A DNA stretch of 58,481 nucleotides from Thermoplasmata archaeon. Its GTDB lineage: Archaea > Thermoplasmatota > Thermoplasmata > Lutacidiplasmatales > UBA184. The translations under genes were made by a program, and so were the position numbers. The stretch is from the NCBI GenBank assembly GCA_028864975.1, contig JAGWLG010000022.1:1-58481 (forward strand), written 5' to 3'. The notes beneath the pieces were generated by a model that was not told the origin of the DNA, searched no databases, and saw only the letters and a list, made by a program, of their open reading frames with translations. Positions within the stretch are counted from its first letter, which is position 1; each line of letters opens with the position of its first letter. Positions 1 to 9,665 of this stretch are shown piece after piece.

Positions 1-2
1 TT

Positions 3-392
3 GCTGCGGCGTGGGAGAAGAGGTGGGCGCAGTCCCAATCCTCGTCCTTCCCAGCGAGCCCACGCTCGCTGGGGGTCGGGGCGGCGGACGCGGCGCCCGA
101 AGTGCCCGCGGCGGACCCCACGGAGATCGAACGCGCCCTCACGGCCATTCGCGGGGACCCCGACACACGAGGGACCTTCGAGGAAGGGGCCCGGCACCCT
201 AACGGCGGAGTGGACCGCTCCATGACCGAGTTCCGGGTCGCGGGGTGGCTCAAGCGTAGAGGGTTCCGGGAGGACGTGGCCTGGGCAGTGGTCCGAGCGT
301 GTGGCCACACGAAGTCACCGCGTGACCCCAGAGGGCGGCGCCGATTCGTGGCACAAGTTTGGGGTCGGCTTGCCGCCGGGCCGGAGGTTTGA
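3..392 (+). CDS. 5'-partial protein; C-terminal helical domain resembling primase/primase-polymerase C-terminus
   Basis: Frame is open from base 3 (AAAWEKRW...). DRSMTEFRVAGWLKRRG resembles the DRSxxDFxxxxxLxxxG motif of plasmid/viral primase C-terminal helical bundles. Confidence 0.5.
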   Translation, partial: AAAWEKRWAQSQSSSFPASPRSLGVGAADAAPEVPAADPTEIERALTAIRGDPDTRGTFEEGARHPNGGVDRSMTEFRVAGWLKRRGFREDVAWAVVRACGHTKSPRDPRGRRRFVAQVWGRLAAGPEV

Positions 393-443
393 AGCACATT
401 CCAACGTTCGTTCCCGTGACGCCGGGTTGAGGCGAGTGGGTAC

Positions 444-1943
444 ATGCCGGGAAGTGAGGCGGAGCAGGGTCAACCCTTCGACCTGAACATCGAAGAGATC
501 CTCGAGAACTGGGAAGTTCACCACGCGTTACGCGAGATCATCGCGAACGCCCTGGACGAGCAGCTACTCTCCAAGACCGAGGAGGTGCAGGTCCGTAACC
601 TCGCCCCGGGCCGGTGGGTCATCCGGGACTTCGGGCGGGGACTCCGGTACGAACACTTGACCCAGAAAGAGAACTCTGAGAAGCTCACGAACCCTGCCTG
701 CATCGGGCACTTCGGCATAGGTCTCAAGGACGCACTGGCGACCCTCCACCGGAGGGGCGTGTCGACCCGCATGCAATCTCGCCACGGTGACATCACGACG
801 GGAATCTCTGCCAAGGCAGGCTTTGACGATGTGCGCACGCTCCATGCCTTCGTCGCGAGGGCGCCGGATCCAGGCCTTCGAGGGACAGAGTTTCTGCTGG
901 AAGGGGTCCCAGAGGGAGAGATGGAAAAGGCGAAAGGTCTGTTCCTTCGATTCTCGGGAGACCATGTCATCGAAGAGACTTCGTACGGCTCGGTGGTCCA
1001 GAGGGCGAATGGCCCGGCTCGCATCTACATCAAGGGCGTCCGTGTAGCGCTGGAGGAGAACTTCCTCTTCGGGTACAACATCACCTCATTGACCAAGCAG
1101 CTGACCAAGGCCCTGAACCGCGAACGGTCGAATGTAGGGCGAGGAGCCTACACAGACCGGGTCAAGGCAATCCTCCTCGCATCTCGTTCGGTCAAGGTCG
1201 CCCAATCGATGATGGTGGATCTGCAAGAGTACTCGTCGGGCCGCATCCACGATGAGCTTGGGTGGGTTGATGTGCAGGAACATGCGGTCAAGACCCTGAA
1301 CGCGAACTCACGGTCGGTCTTTCTAACCGCGAAGGAGATGCAGGACGCACCCATGTTGGTCGACGAGGCGAAGCACGGTGGGTTCACCATAGTCCAAGTT
1401 CCCGACGTCCTCAAGGCCAGGATCGCCGGTCAGCTTGACATCTCGGGGAACGTCATCAGGGACCTCGGCCAATTCGAGACCGAGTACAACGAGAGCTTCG
1501 AGTACAACTTTGTCAAGGTGGGGGAGCTCACGGCGAGGGAGAGGCAAGTCTACGATACTCTCCCAAGGATCCTTTCCCTGGCCGGAGGCAGACCCTCGAT
1601 GGTGCGCGAGATTCGAATCTCCGAGACGATGCGGGTCTCCTCGACCACGTTCGGGGACGCCGAGGGGTGTTGGGGCAACGGCATGATCGTCGTGAAGCGT
1701 TCGGCACTTCGGAGCGTCCCCTTCTTTGCCGGCACTCTCCTTCACGAACTCGTGCATGCTCGCACCGGCGCTCCTGATTGCGACAGGGGATTCGAAGACG
1801 GCTTGAGCAATATCGCAGGCGTCGTTACCGGTAACGCCATTGGTGGCGGTGAAACGTCTCGTTCGCACCCGACAGCCAGGGGCACCCGGGTCTCCCCGAG
1901 GCACCGAGCTCCCCCGCGCAAGGCGAAGCGGCGCGGCCGGTGA
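444..1943 (+). CDS. GHKL (HATPase_c, MPN635-like) ATPase fused to C-terminal HExxH metallopeptidase-like domain
   Basis: GHKL boxes REIIANALDE, IRDFGRGL, GHFGIGLK and GTEF; C-terminal LLHELVH. Confidence 0.8.
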   Translation: MPGSEAEQGQPFDLNIEEILENWEVHHALREIIANALDEQLLSKTEEVQVRNLAPGRWVIRDFGRGLRYEHLTQKENSEKLTNPACIGHFGIGLKDALATLHRRGVSTRMQSRHGDITTGISAKAGFDDVRTLHAFVARAPDPGLRGTEFLLEGVPEGEMEKAKGLFLRFSGDHVIEETSYGSVVQRANGPARIYIKGVRVALEENFLFGYNITSLTKQLTKALNRERSNVGRGAYTDRVKAILLASRSVKVAQSMMVDLQEYSSGRIHDELGWVDVQEHAVKTLNANSRSVFLTAKEMQDAPMLVDEAKHGGFTIVQVPDVLKARIAGQLDISGNVIRDLGQFETEYNESFEYNFVKVGELTARERQVYDTLPRILSLAGGRPSMVREIRISETMRVSSTTFGDAEGCWGNGMIVVKRSALRSVPFFAGTLLHELVHARTGAPDCDRGFEDGLSNIAGVVTGNAIGGGETSRSHPTARGTRVSPRHRAPPRKAKRRGR

Positions 1944-2048
1944 TTTTCACCCCAAGCGAAGTCGCCGAGGGACCCGAGAGGGTTCGCGAGGTTCGACAGA
2001 CAGGTGTGGGGGCGGCTGATGTAGCGGACTGGTCGGGGACTCGAGCGA

Positions 2049-2873
2049 CTAAACCCAACAGCGGAATTGCTGGGGTTCCATCCGAAGGTGGGATACGTCA
2101 TCTGCCCCGAGGAGGAACATCTTCGGTTGCCTTCCCCACTGGAAGAGCCGGGCGAGCTGATAGCCATCCGCGCACGTCCGGGCGAAGTCGACCTCTCCCG
2201 GCGACATAAAGAACGGCGCGCGGGGACCCAGGCGTGTCGTCTTCACCTCGATGAGTCGGGGATCACCTGCGTCGTTGAAGGAGCGGATGTCGAACCCTAG
2301 CCCGTCCCCTTCCTCCTGGGATGCGTGGACAACCTTGCGCGCGAGATTCTCATGGCCAAGGGTCCGCAAGCGATCCTTCTCGAGCTCGATGATGAACCGC
2401 TCGCCCGCGAGGCCCAAGGAGCGGTTCGCGGCATCGCGCGCCGCGTAATCGACCTTGCAGAAGAGTTGAGGTGGTAGCCGGACCTTCGGCGGTGGCGGTG
2501 GCTTGAGCGCTGGGCGAGGAACGATGAACGCCCTCCAGTCCGTGGGGCGGGGAGCATCGGGGGCGACCTTCGGGGGCTCCGGGGGCTCGAGGAACGGCGC
2601 GTTCTGGAGGTAATCGACGACCTGCTCGGCCAACAGGTTCTGGTAGTTGTGTCTCGGAGCGTACCCTTCGACCCTGGGGAGGTGATTCTCCTCCAGGATC
2701 GCGCTGACGTTCTGAAACTTCAGCTCCACGGAGGCCTTGGTACGGTCCTTGCAGACCTTCCGCACCTCGCGGTTGAAGTCCGCCTTGGTGAAGGGAATCC
2801 CTGTGGCCTCACGACGGAGCATCTCGAAGTAAGCCTGGACGGCCGCCCGGACCTCTTCGGGGGACCAGTCCAT
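2049..2873 (-). CDS. DUF3883/NO VEIN-type PD-(D/E)XK endonuclease (putative restriction-like nuclease)
   Basis: N-terminal DWSPEEVRAAVQAYFEML domain typical of nuclease fusions; GLAGERF, DGLGFDIRSF and RLIEVKTT catalytic motifs. Confidence 0.8.
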   Translation of the reverse strand: MDWSPEEVRAAVQAYFEMLRREATGIPFTKADFNREVRKVCKDRTKASVELKFQNVSAILEENHLPRVEGYAPRHNYQNLLAEQVVDYLQNAPFLEPPEPPKVAPDAPRPTDWRAFIVPRPALKPPPPPKVRLPPQLFCKVDYAARDAANRSLGLAGERFIIELEKDRLRTLGHENLARKVVHASQEEGDGLGFDIRSFNDAGDPRLIEVKTTRLGPRAPFFMSPGEVDFARTCADGYQLARLFQWGRQPKMFLLGADDVSHLRMEPQQFRCWV

Positions 2874-2999
2874 TCGGGATGCCTCAGTGTCGAGGATGGG
2901 CGGTCGACCAGGTGAACCTTACGGGCCACTCTTTCGTCCTCCCACGTCTGCTCCACCCGAGCCCTCATGGGCGCATGGCTCCTCAGCCTCTGAGGACCC

Positions 3000-3368
3000 A
3001 TGCGCCTGCTGATCTGCGGCTCCCGAGACTGGACCGACGGTGAGAAGATTCTCCACGAGCTCGCAACGCTCCAGTGCGTGGACTTGGTCATTGAGGGAGA
3101 GGCCCCGGGGGCGGACACCCTCTCACGCCGGGCGGCCGAGCAGCTCGGTATCCCCGTGCTCCCCTTCCCCGCGGACTGGGAGAAGCACGGCCGCGCCGCG
3201 GGACCTCTGCGCAACCAGAGGATGTTGGACGAGGGGCGTCCCGACCAGGTCCTCGCCTTCACAGACGATCTGAACTCCAGCCGTGGGACGGCAGTCATGG
3301 TTGCGTGTGCTCGTCGAGCCGGGGTCCCGGTCCACCTCATCTCCCACACGAAAGAGCGGAACCTCTGA
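3000..3368 (+). CDS. DUF2493 / YspA-like SLOG family protein
   Basis: ICGSRDW, EGEAPGAD, ADWEKHGRAAGPLRNQRML and SRGT motifs. Confidence 0.88.
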   Translation: MRLLICGSRDWTDGEKILHELATLQCVDLVIEGEAPGADTLSRRAAEQLGIPVLPFPADWEKHGRAAGPLRNQRMLDEGRPDQVLAFTDDLNSSRGTAVMVACARRAGVPVHLISHTKERNL

Positions 3369-3600
3369 GAGGTTCGCGCAGCGTTGCAGGGCAATCGACA
3401 TACGCCGCTGGAGGAGCCTCGGTGGCAACTGTTCGCCGCGGGCTGAAGACGGTTGATGGAGGCACCGCAGGATGCAGGAGAGCCAGGATGAGGATGGTAG
3501 CGGTCGGAGCTCTCGTTTCGATTCGCGCTGTAGGACGGCGAGAGGTGCTCAGGCGACCATAATCGACAGGAATATGATTAAGGCACCAATCCCGTCAGAC

Positions 3601-4605
3601 ATGTCCGGCGAGGTTCGGCGGGTGACGGTTCAGCGTTCCGTTCCGTCCGAGACAGCGACTCCCGTAATCGACTCGACCTTCTTCGTCGGCTCGAAGATCT
3701 TGTTCACGCAAGCCACTGTGGAGTCTCCGGAGTGGGTCGTGCCGTGGGCGTACCCTAACCTGATGCTGCACTTGCGCTTGGAATCGGAGACCCTCAGGAA
3801 CAAGCTTACCTCGGAGAAGCCACGGCCCTGGGCGACCGCCCCAGTCGCCGGCGCGACTGTCAGCGGCCTAGTTGGAGTCACCTTCCAAGGCAAGAGTGGA
3901 AGGAAGTCCGAGGTTGGGGTGTTCCCCCTTGAGACACCCGCTCTCTACGGGCTTCGCCTTGCGATTCCGCTGACGCCAAGCGTTGTCCGGTTACTGGTCG
4001 AGAGTTGGACCAAAGGGAGGCTGCTACTGACTCCGAAGTCCGCGATTGTGGCGCTGAGCCCCCACCAAGGGACTGATGCCGGCATCCACCTGTGGGAGGT
4101 GCCGCTCACCGGCCAGGCGATTCTCTACGTAAAGACGGACCACAGGGAGACCCCAGAGATTGCCATAGAGGAGAGCGTACTGGAGGAGATTCAATCCAAG
4201 GTGGTTCCGGTCGTCTCCAACCAAGACGACCTGCACAAGAAACTCCAGGACGCGCGTGAGCTTCTCCTCAAAGGGAAAACGCGAGACGCGACGCTTCAGC
4301 TTCGAATCCTCATCATGAACCACCTGACGATTCCGTCTCCCCCGGTTGAGTCCGGTGGGAAGCCGGGGCCGAGAATGCTTCGGGAGGAGGTGAGGAAGAG
4401 CATCCTGAGGGGCTTCGAGGGGCATGCCCTCGAAATCCGCGAGGACAATGCCAGGTCGATCAAGGAGATTCTGGCCTCCACGCTCGATATTCTCCACCGA
4501 TACTCGAAGACTGAGGGGCTGGAATCAGTGCCCTACCCTGACATTGTGGAGTACGTCTACAACAACATTGTCGCTGTGATTCACCTCCTCGAGGCGTCTA
4601 GCTAA
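3601..4605 (+). CDS. Hypothetical protein (~334 aa) with helical C-terminal domain
   Basis: Long ORF with protein-like composition. ATTAAG at 3577-3582 lies ~24 nt before ATG 3601, consistent with a leaderless start. Start is uncertain (3574 is an alternative). Confidence 0.7.
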   Translation: MSGEVRRVTVQRSVPSETATPVIDSTFFVGSKILFTQATVESPEWVVPWAYPNLMLHLRLESETLRNKLTSEKPRPWATAPVAGATVSGLVGVTFQGKSGRKSEVGVFPLETPALYGLRLAIPLTPSVVRLLVESWTKGRLLLTPKSAIVALSPHQGTDAGIHLWEVPLTGQAILYVKTDHRETPEIAIEESVLEEIQSKVVPVVSNQDDLHKKLQDARELLLKGKTRDATLQLRILIMNHLTIPSPPVESGGKPGPRMLREEVRKSILRGFEGHALEIREDNARSIKEILASTLDILHRYSKTEGLESVPYPDIVEYVYNNIVAVIHLLEASS

Positions 4606-4951
4606 CTCACCGCCGGGGTACCCTGAGCATTGATCGGGACACAAATCGAGGGGCAACATCGGATTTGCGCGATGCCGGGCATCCTTCGCCAGACTCAGAG
4701 AGCCTGCTGATTCGGCGCCCCGCCTCGGCGCCTCGCCCCCCCGGGGGGAGGACCCTCGGGCGGTCCTCCCCCTCTCGACCCCCACCCCGCCACCCGCCCC
4801 CGAAGTGCCCCGATCGAGGGAGGGACCTCCACCGCCGCCCCCTCCCTCGAGCTCCCACCTCGGCTCCTCCTCGCCACGAAGGGCCCCAACAGGGAGCGGG
4901 GGCTGCGAGACCTTCGTCTCGGTCCCCCTCTCCCTGACTCTCTCCCCTTGT

Positions 4952-4990
4952 GGGGGGCCTTCGGCCCCCCGACGCGCCCTTCGGGCGCGT
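4952..4990. repeat. Two adjacent GC-rich hairpins with c-GAA-g triloops on the minus strand
   Basis: GGGGGGCC-TTC-GGCCCCCC (4952-4970) and ACGCGCCC-TTC-GGGCGCGT (4972-4990). Confidence 0.8.
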
Positions 4991-4994
4991 GGGC

Positions 4995-5215
4995 CCGTTC
5001 GGGGGTGGGGCGGCGGGTGCTCGCGGTGGCCGTTCGGGTTACCGGCCCTGTCCTCGTCGGCCTGTTGACGTTGGGGGCTCGGACAGGGCCTCCCTCGGAC
5101 GAGGCGGCTGCCCCTCGTCCTCGGCGGGGACCGTTCGTGTCACCGGTACCAGACTCACCCCTCGGGGCGAGTCTTCCCTCGGGGCTCGTGGCTCCTCGGG
5201 CCGCACGTGGCTGTC
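4995..5215 (-). repeat. Mosaic repeat element, copy 1 (with hairpin inserts)
   Basis: 4995-5036 matches 9867-9908 at 40/42; 5132-5146 matches 9922-9936 at 14/15; 5198-5215 is identical to 9935-9952. Confidence 0.9.
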
Positions 5216-5375
5216 CTCAGATCCGGGCCGACGTTATTGGAGCGTAGGGGCCACAATCCCACACGATCGCTATTCCTCCTTCGGGAGTGCTTCCCGCCAA
5301 CTCGTCCCGACCACCGCAAGTAGTATGTCCAGGTTGGGCTCTCGGGTACTCCTGCCCTCCTTTCTTGGAGCACTC

Positions 5376-5624
5376 ATGCCCGGCGTGAAGGTGACGAAGG
5401 TCGCGCTTGTCCCGATGATGATCCGGGTTCCGAAGCAGTCGCACGACGAGATGGTGATCGAGATCGAGGCATCAAATCGCTGGGTCGACAGGTCCGACTT
5501 TGTTCGGGAGGCCATTCGCGAAAAGGTCGAGCGAGAGAAAGCGAAACGGCTCGTCGCTCGATCAGGCCCACGGACATTCGTGATTGGCAGGCCCACCAGC
5601 CCTGAAGCCCTCCCGCCTGAGTAG
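5376..5624 (+). CDS. Ribbon-helix-helix (CopG/MetJ-like) DNA-binding protein
   Basis: MMIRVPKQSHDEM...RWVDRSDFVREAIREKVERE is the RHH pattern; GGAG precedes the ATG. Confidence 0.8.
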   Translation: MPGVKVTKVALVPMMIRVPKQSHDEMVIEIEASNRWVDRSDFVREAIREKVEREKAKRLVARSGPRTFVIGRPTSPEALPPE

Positions 5625-5784
5625 CCACGCGCACGGGACGCTTGATGCCGGAGTCTCTCCTTGGCGGAGAGGGAGGGTTTGGCCACTGTGGATCCTCGTG
5701 TCGCGAATTAATGGCTATCCTTACCTCTTGAGTCCAGCTTTCTCGGCATCGTCGTGTATCTACCCGCCAGCGATGTGCGGAGTC

Positions 5785-6933
5785 ATGCAGGCTTCTGCAT
5801 CCAGCGAAGGGGTTCGACAGCGACGACCAAGACGACCGAGAATGTGGGCATGGGGGGCAGTGATGTTCCTCTTGGGAATCCTGCTCGTTCCTGGCGGCTC
5901 GCTCGGTCACCCGGTGCCGACTGCGAATCACTCCGTCTTCGAGAAATCCTCAACACCCCTGGTCAGCCCGGCCGCCTCCCAACCACCAGTCGGGTACTTC
6001 AACCACGTGCCAGTCTACTCTCCCTACGGCCCTATTCCCGGCGGCTACGGTACGTCATGGGTCTCCGCCAAGAATATCACGCCGGACGACTTGACGGGGG
6101 GAAATTGCCCCACGACAGGTACACCATACGCGAAGCAGGAAGGGTCAACGAACTTCGGCCCTTGGTCGTTCGGGAACAACTATCCCGGCGACGTGTCCGG
6201 CACCATCACCGGATGTCGATCGAATCCTTCTGGGGGGTCCCTGACCTGGTATCTCTGGGAGACGACCTACACATCGGGTTCCTATTACATCTGCGACGGT
6301 GAGACCTGCAACAACGGCGGAAACTGTCCGGGGCTCTTCTGCAGCAACGTGGGGGGCCTTGGACAGGCCTCGAACTACGCGGTCCTCCACGACGCGGACA
6401 CGTGCGGATCGTGCAGTGGTGGAGCGGAGAACATGAGGTACTACGCGCCGGACTCCGCCAACGGTCAATCGAACGGCTACGAGAACGGCAACTGGGCGTC
6501 TGCGGACTACTACTACGGGCTGATCAATGCGGGATGCTTCCAGAATTCGGCTTGCTCGAGCGACCTCTGGCAGTGGCAGTATAACTACCCCCACAACATC
6601 AATTGGGCGACCTGGTGCACACTCTCAGGGAGCTCGTGCGGGAACAACAACTACAAGTTCCACTTGGAGGACACAGGTTCTCAGTGCGGTTCTGGCTCAA
6701 GCCCTTGCCAAACGCTGACCTGGCTGGTCTCAGACGAGCAGGTTGTTGAGACCCACTACCGAAATTCGATCGACTTCGACGTGGGGGGTTGCGCGTCGTC
6801 GGGCGGCAACGGCAACGACTGCTCCTACACCGGCCTGGCGTCGGGACCCAGCGCCTACCCGCAGATGTACAACAACTCGGCCTATACGCCATGCCTGGCC
6901 TCGACGGGAGATGGGTCTGGCAACACGTGCTAA
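5785..6933 (+). CDS. Secreted Cys/Gly/Asn-rich protein
   Basis: Basic RRPRRPR followed by a hydrophobic signal segment; 18 Cys in the mature part; start uncertain (5773/5785). Confidence 0.75.
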   Translation: MQASASSEGVRQRRPRRPRMWAWGAVMFLLGILLVPGGSLGHPVPTANHSVFEKSSTPLVSPAASQPPVGYFNHVPVYSPYGPIPGGYGTSWVSAKNITPDDLTGGNCPTTGTPYAKQEGSTNFGPWSFGNNYPGDVSGTITGCRSNPSGGSLTWYLWETTYTSGSYYICDGETCNNGGNCPGLFCSNVGGLGQASNYAVLHDADTCGSCSGGAENMRYYAPDSANGQSNGYENGNWASADYYYGLINAGCFQNSACSSDLWQWQYNYPHNINWATWCTLSGSSCGNNNYKFHLEDTGSQCGSGSSPCQTLTWLVSDEQVVETHYRNSIDFDVGGCASSGGNGNDCSYTGLASGPSAYPQMYNNSAYTPCLASTGDGSGNTC

Positions 6934-7170
6934 GACTCGGTTGCTGCGTCCCGTGGGCGGGGCTTCACTGCCCCGCCTTACGCCGATGCCCGGAGGGCAG
7001 TCGCGAGTGGGGAGGTCCCACGAGCCTCCTTCCCTACCTGACCCGATGCCCTCCGGGCTGGGCGCGTGAGCCCCGCGCGAAGTCGTCTAGCATGCTCCGG
7101 CTAGTTGCGGTCCTGGGGGAACGAGGACAAGAGAAAGCTTTGAGACACGGAACACTTCCTTAGGAGGTCC

Positions 7171-8130
7171 ATGTCCTTTCCCTTGCTTGAGGTGAGAGGC
7201 CTCTACAAGTGCTACTCTAGGTCTGCCGAGCCTGCCATCCAGTCCCTCGATCTGGAAGTGAGGCGGGGCGAAATCCTGGGGCTAGTCGGGCTGAATGGGG
7301 CGGGGAAGACGACCACGATTCGCGTCGCCGCAGGGGTAGCCCTCCCCAGCGCTGGCCGCATCCTGGTCAACGGTCACGACGTCGTGCGAGAGAAGACTGA
7401 GGCCGGCCGGCAGGCCGGATGGGTCCCGGAGACTCCGCTCTTCGAACCCGGGGCGAGGGCCCTCCCGCTCCTTCGCTACCACGCCGGGTTCTACGGCCTG
7501 AGCGGCACGTCTGGGAGAGAACTCTGCCTCAAACTCCTGTCGGAGGTCGGTCTTCAGGGTCAGGAGCGCAAACGCTTTCGCACCTTCTCCCAAGGGATGA
7601 AGAAGCGGTTCGCGCTCGCACGGGCGCTCCTGGGGGACCCCCCCCTCCTCCTGCTCGACGAGGTCCTCAACGGACTCGACCCCGAGGGTGTGCGCTATGT
7701 TCGGGAACTCGTGGTCCGGCATCGGTCCGAGGGGAAGGGGGTCCTCCTCTCCTCGCACATCCTTTCCGAGGTGGAGCAGGTCGCGGACCGCGTGGCAATC
7801 ATCCACCATGGCCGCGGCGTGCGAATCTTGGGTCCGGAGGAGCTCCGCTCCTCATCGGCGAGAGTCCTCAAAATCACAATCGAAAACCTCGATGACGGGG
7901 TGTTGGAGCTCCTGGCCTCCTTCGGGACAGTTCAGCGGGAAGGCCGGGTCGTGTACATCATCGGAGCGAGGGGGGCCCCAGCGGAGGTAACGGCCGAGCT
8001 CGTGCGTCGCGGATACCGAGTATCCGAGATTGGGTCCGAGAAGCGCACGCTTGAGTCATACTTCTTCGAGGCAGTGGGGCGGCCACACGAAGACGGGCAT
8101 CCGCCCGGGGAGAGCCGAGGGGCCCCGTGA
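7171..8130 (+). CDS. ABC-2 type exporter ATP-binding protein
   Basis: GLNGAGKT, FSQGMKKR signature, LLLLDE, SSH; GGAGG RBS. Confidence 0.95.
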   Translation: MSFPLLEVRGLYKCYSRSAEPAIQSLDLEVRRGEILGLVGLNGAGKTTTIRVAAGVALPSAGRILVNGHDVVREKTEAGRQAGWVPETPLFEPGARALPLLRYHAGFYGLSGTSGRELCLKLLSEVGLQGQERKRFRTFSQGMKKRFALARALLGDPPLLLLDEVLNGLDPEGVRYVRELVVRHRSEGKGVLLSSHILSEVEQVADRVAIIHHGRGVRILGPEELRSSSARVLKITIENLDDGVLELLASFGTVQREGRVVYIIGARGAPAEVTAELVRRGYRVSEIGSEKRTLESYFFEAVGRPHEDGHPPGESRGAP

Positions 8131-9665
8131 CGCGTCTCCCGTTCCCCCTCCGGGGATTCCTCTACGAGCTACGGAGGGGCCTGCTCAACCCGGCCCTCTT
8201 TGCAATCACCGTCCTCTTGGTGGTGATCTCGATGGGAATCGTGACCACTTTCCACGTGGCTAGTGGAAGAAACTACGAGTCTTGCGAGGAGGTCGCATGG
8301 TACGTCGACGGCGCGTACCACTTCGTGGTTCACGTCCACGACCAACACGCTCTGCCGATTGCCGGGGTCCTTACGAACATCTCCCTCAGCACAGCTGCTG
8401 GCTCGCCTGGGTCCCCCCCAATCTACTTCGAAGGTCACACCGCCCCCAACGGTAGTTCTCAACTCGTGGCGCGCCTCCCTGTCGCGGACTACGTTTACTC
8501 GTTCTTTGCCATAGACCCGAACGCCAGTTCGTCCGGATGGGGCGAAGGATGCCTCTTCTCAGGCGGCAACACGACGGCAATCGCCACGGGACCACCCGGG
8601 AGCGTACACTCACTTGCCTGGGGGACTTGGACCCTCGTGGGTCTCGACTCATCGATCCCCAGCCCGCAGCTCCTGCTCTTCTTCCTTGGGCCAAACGGGA
8701 CCTCCCCCACTGGTGACCAGGCCTTCTGGGCAGGGGCGTTCAATGCCTCGGGTCGGGCAATGGGTGGGCCCAACCCCTTCCCTCCGCTTCCTGAGAGCGC
8801 GATGCATCGGTTGGGGACATTCCGAGGAGACGCACAGGTCTTCTCGTTCGCCGTGCCCAACGCCACGTGGACAGGGTGCTACAGCTGCACGAGTGATAAG
8901 GTGGTCCAGTTGGAAATCTTTTCGCCAACGGGCCAGATCCTGCTGGAGGACACCAACCTCTCGGCGAGCGACTTCGCACCCGTACCCACCGGACTGCTCG
9001 TCAATCAGGCTGACAGCCTGACCTTCTCCTTCATGAGCGAGTACGTTGGGCTCATCGCACCCTTCATGGCCATCGTCGCCGCCTACGCGCTCTATGCTCG
9101 GGACCGAATCTCCGGCGTCCTGGAGACCACCCAATGCGGACCGATCAGCCGCGAGGGGTTGGCTCTCTCGAGATGGGCGGCCGTGCTCGTGACCCTGGCG
9201 GTATCCTTGGTCGTCTCGCTCGCCGTCATCTCCGTCGAGATCCATTCGGTGCTGGGGGTTTACCTCCCCGCCTCCGTCCTTCTGGCCACCCTCGGGGCCG
9301 TGCTGGTCGAGGTCGGGGCGTTCAGCGGGTTGGTCATGCTCCTGTCGCGGTTCTCTCGTTCGCACGTGGTGGTCCTAGGGACAGCGTTCGGGCTGTTCCT
9401 CGGCTTCGAGGTTGGCTGGACCTTCCTAGACAACTTTCTGATAAGTTATGTCCAAGCATTACCCGGGGGCTCCTGGGTCTCGGCACAGTCCGTGGCAAAC
9501 CAGTTCGAGCTTCTCAACCCGTTGGGCACGCTTTTCCTGCTCTCGAGAATCTACGTCAATCCTCCCTTGTTGGGGGTCACCCAGGGAGAGATCGGGCTTG
9601 CCGGCTTCCTATGGGTAATGGCTCCGCTCGTCCTCTTCGTCCTCCACGCCAGGATGCGCGACTGA
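8127..9665 (+). CDS. ABC-2 type permease with large extracellular domain
   Basis: GTGA overlap with the ATPase gene; one N-terminal TM, a ~250-aa loop with NxS/T sequons, then several TMs; RDRISGVLE motif. Confidence 0.85.
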   Translation: MTRLPFPLRGFLYELRRGLLNPALFAITVLLVVISMGIVTTFHVASGRNYESCEEVAWYVDGAYHFVVHVHDQHALPIAGVLTNISLSTAAGSPGSPPIYFEGHTAPNGSSQLVARLPVADYVYSFFAIDPNASSSGWGEGCLFSGGNTTAIATGPPGSVHSLAWGTWTLVGLDSSIPSPQLLLFFLGPNGTSPTGDQAFWAGAFNASGRAMGGPNPFPPLPESAMHRLGTFRGDAQVFSFAVPNATWTGCYSCTSDKVVQLEIFSPTGQILLEDTNLSASDFAPVPTGLLVNQADSLTFSFMSEYVGLIAPFMAIVAAYALYARDRISGVLETTQCGPISREGLALSRWAAVLVTLAVSLVVSLAVISVEIHSVLGVYLPASVLLATLGAVLVEVGAFSGLVMLLSRFSRSHVVVLGTAFGLFLGFEVGWTFLDNFLISYVQALPGGSWVSAQSVANQFELLNPLGTLFLLSRIYVNPPLLGVTQGEIGLAGFLWVMAPLVLFVLHARMRD

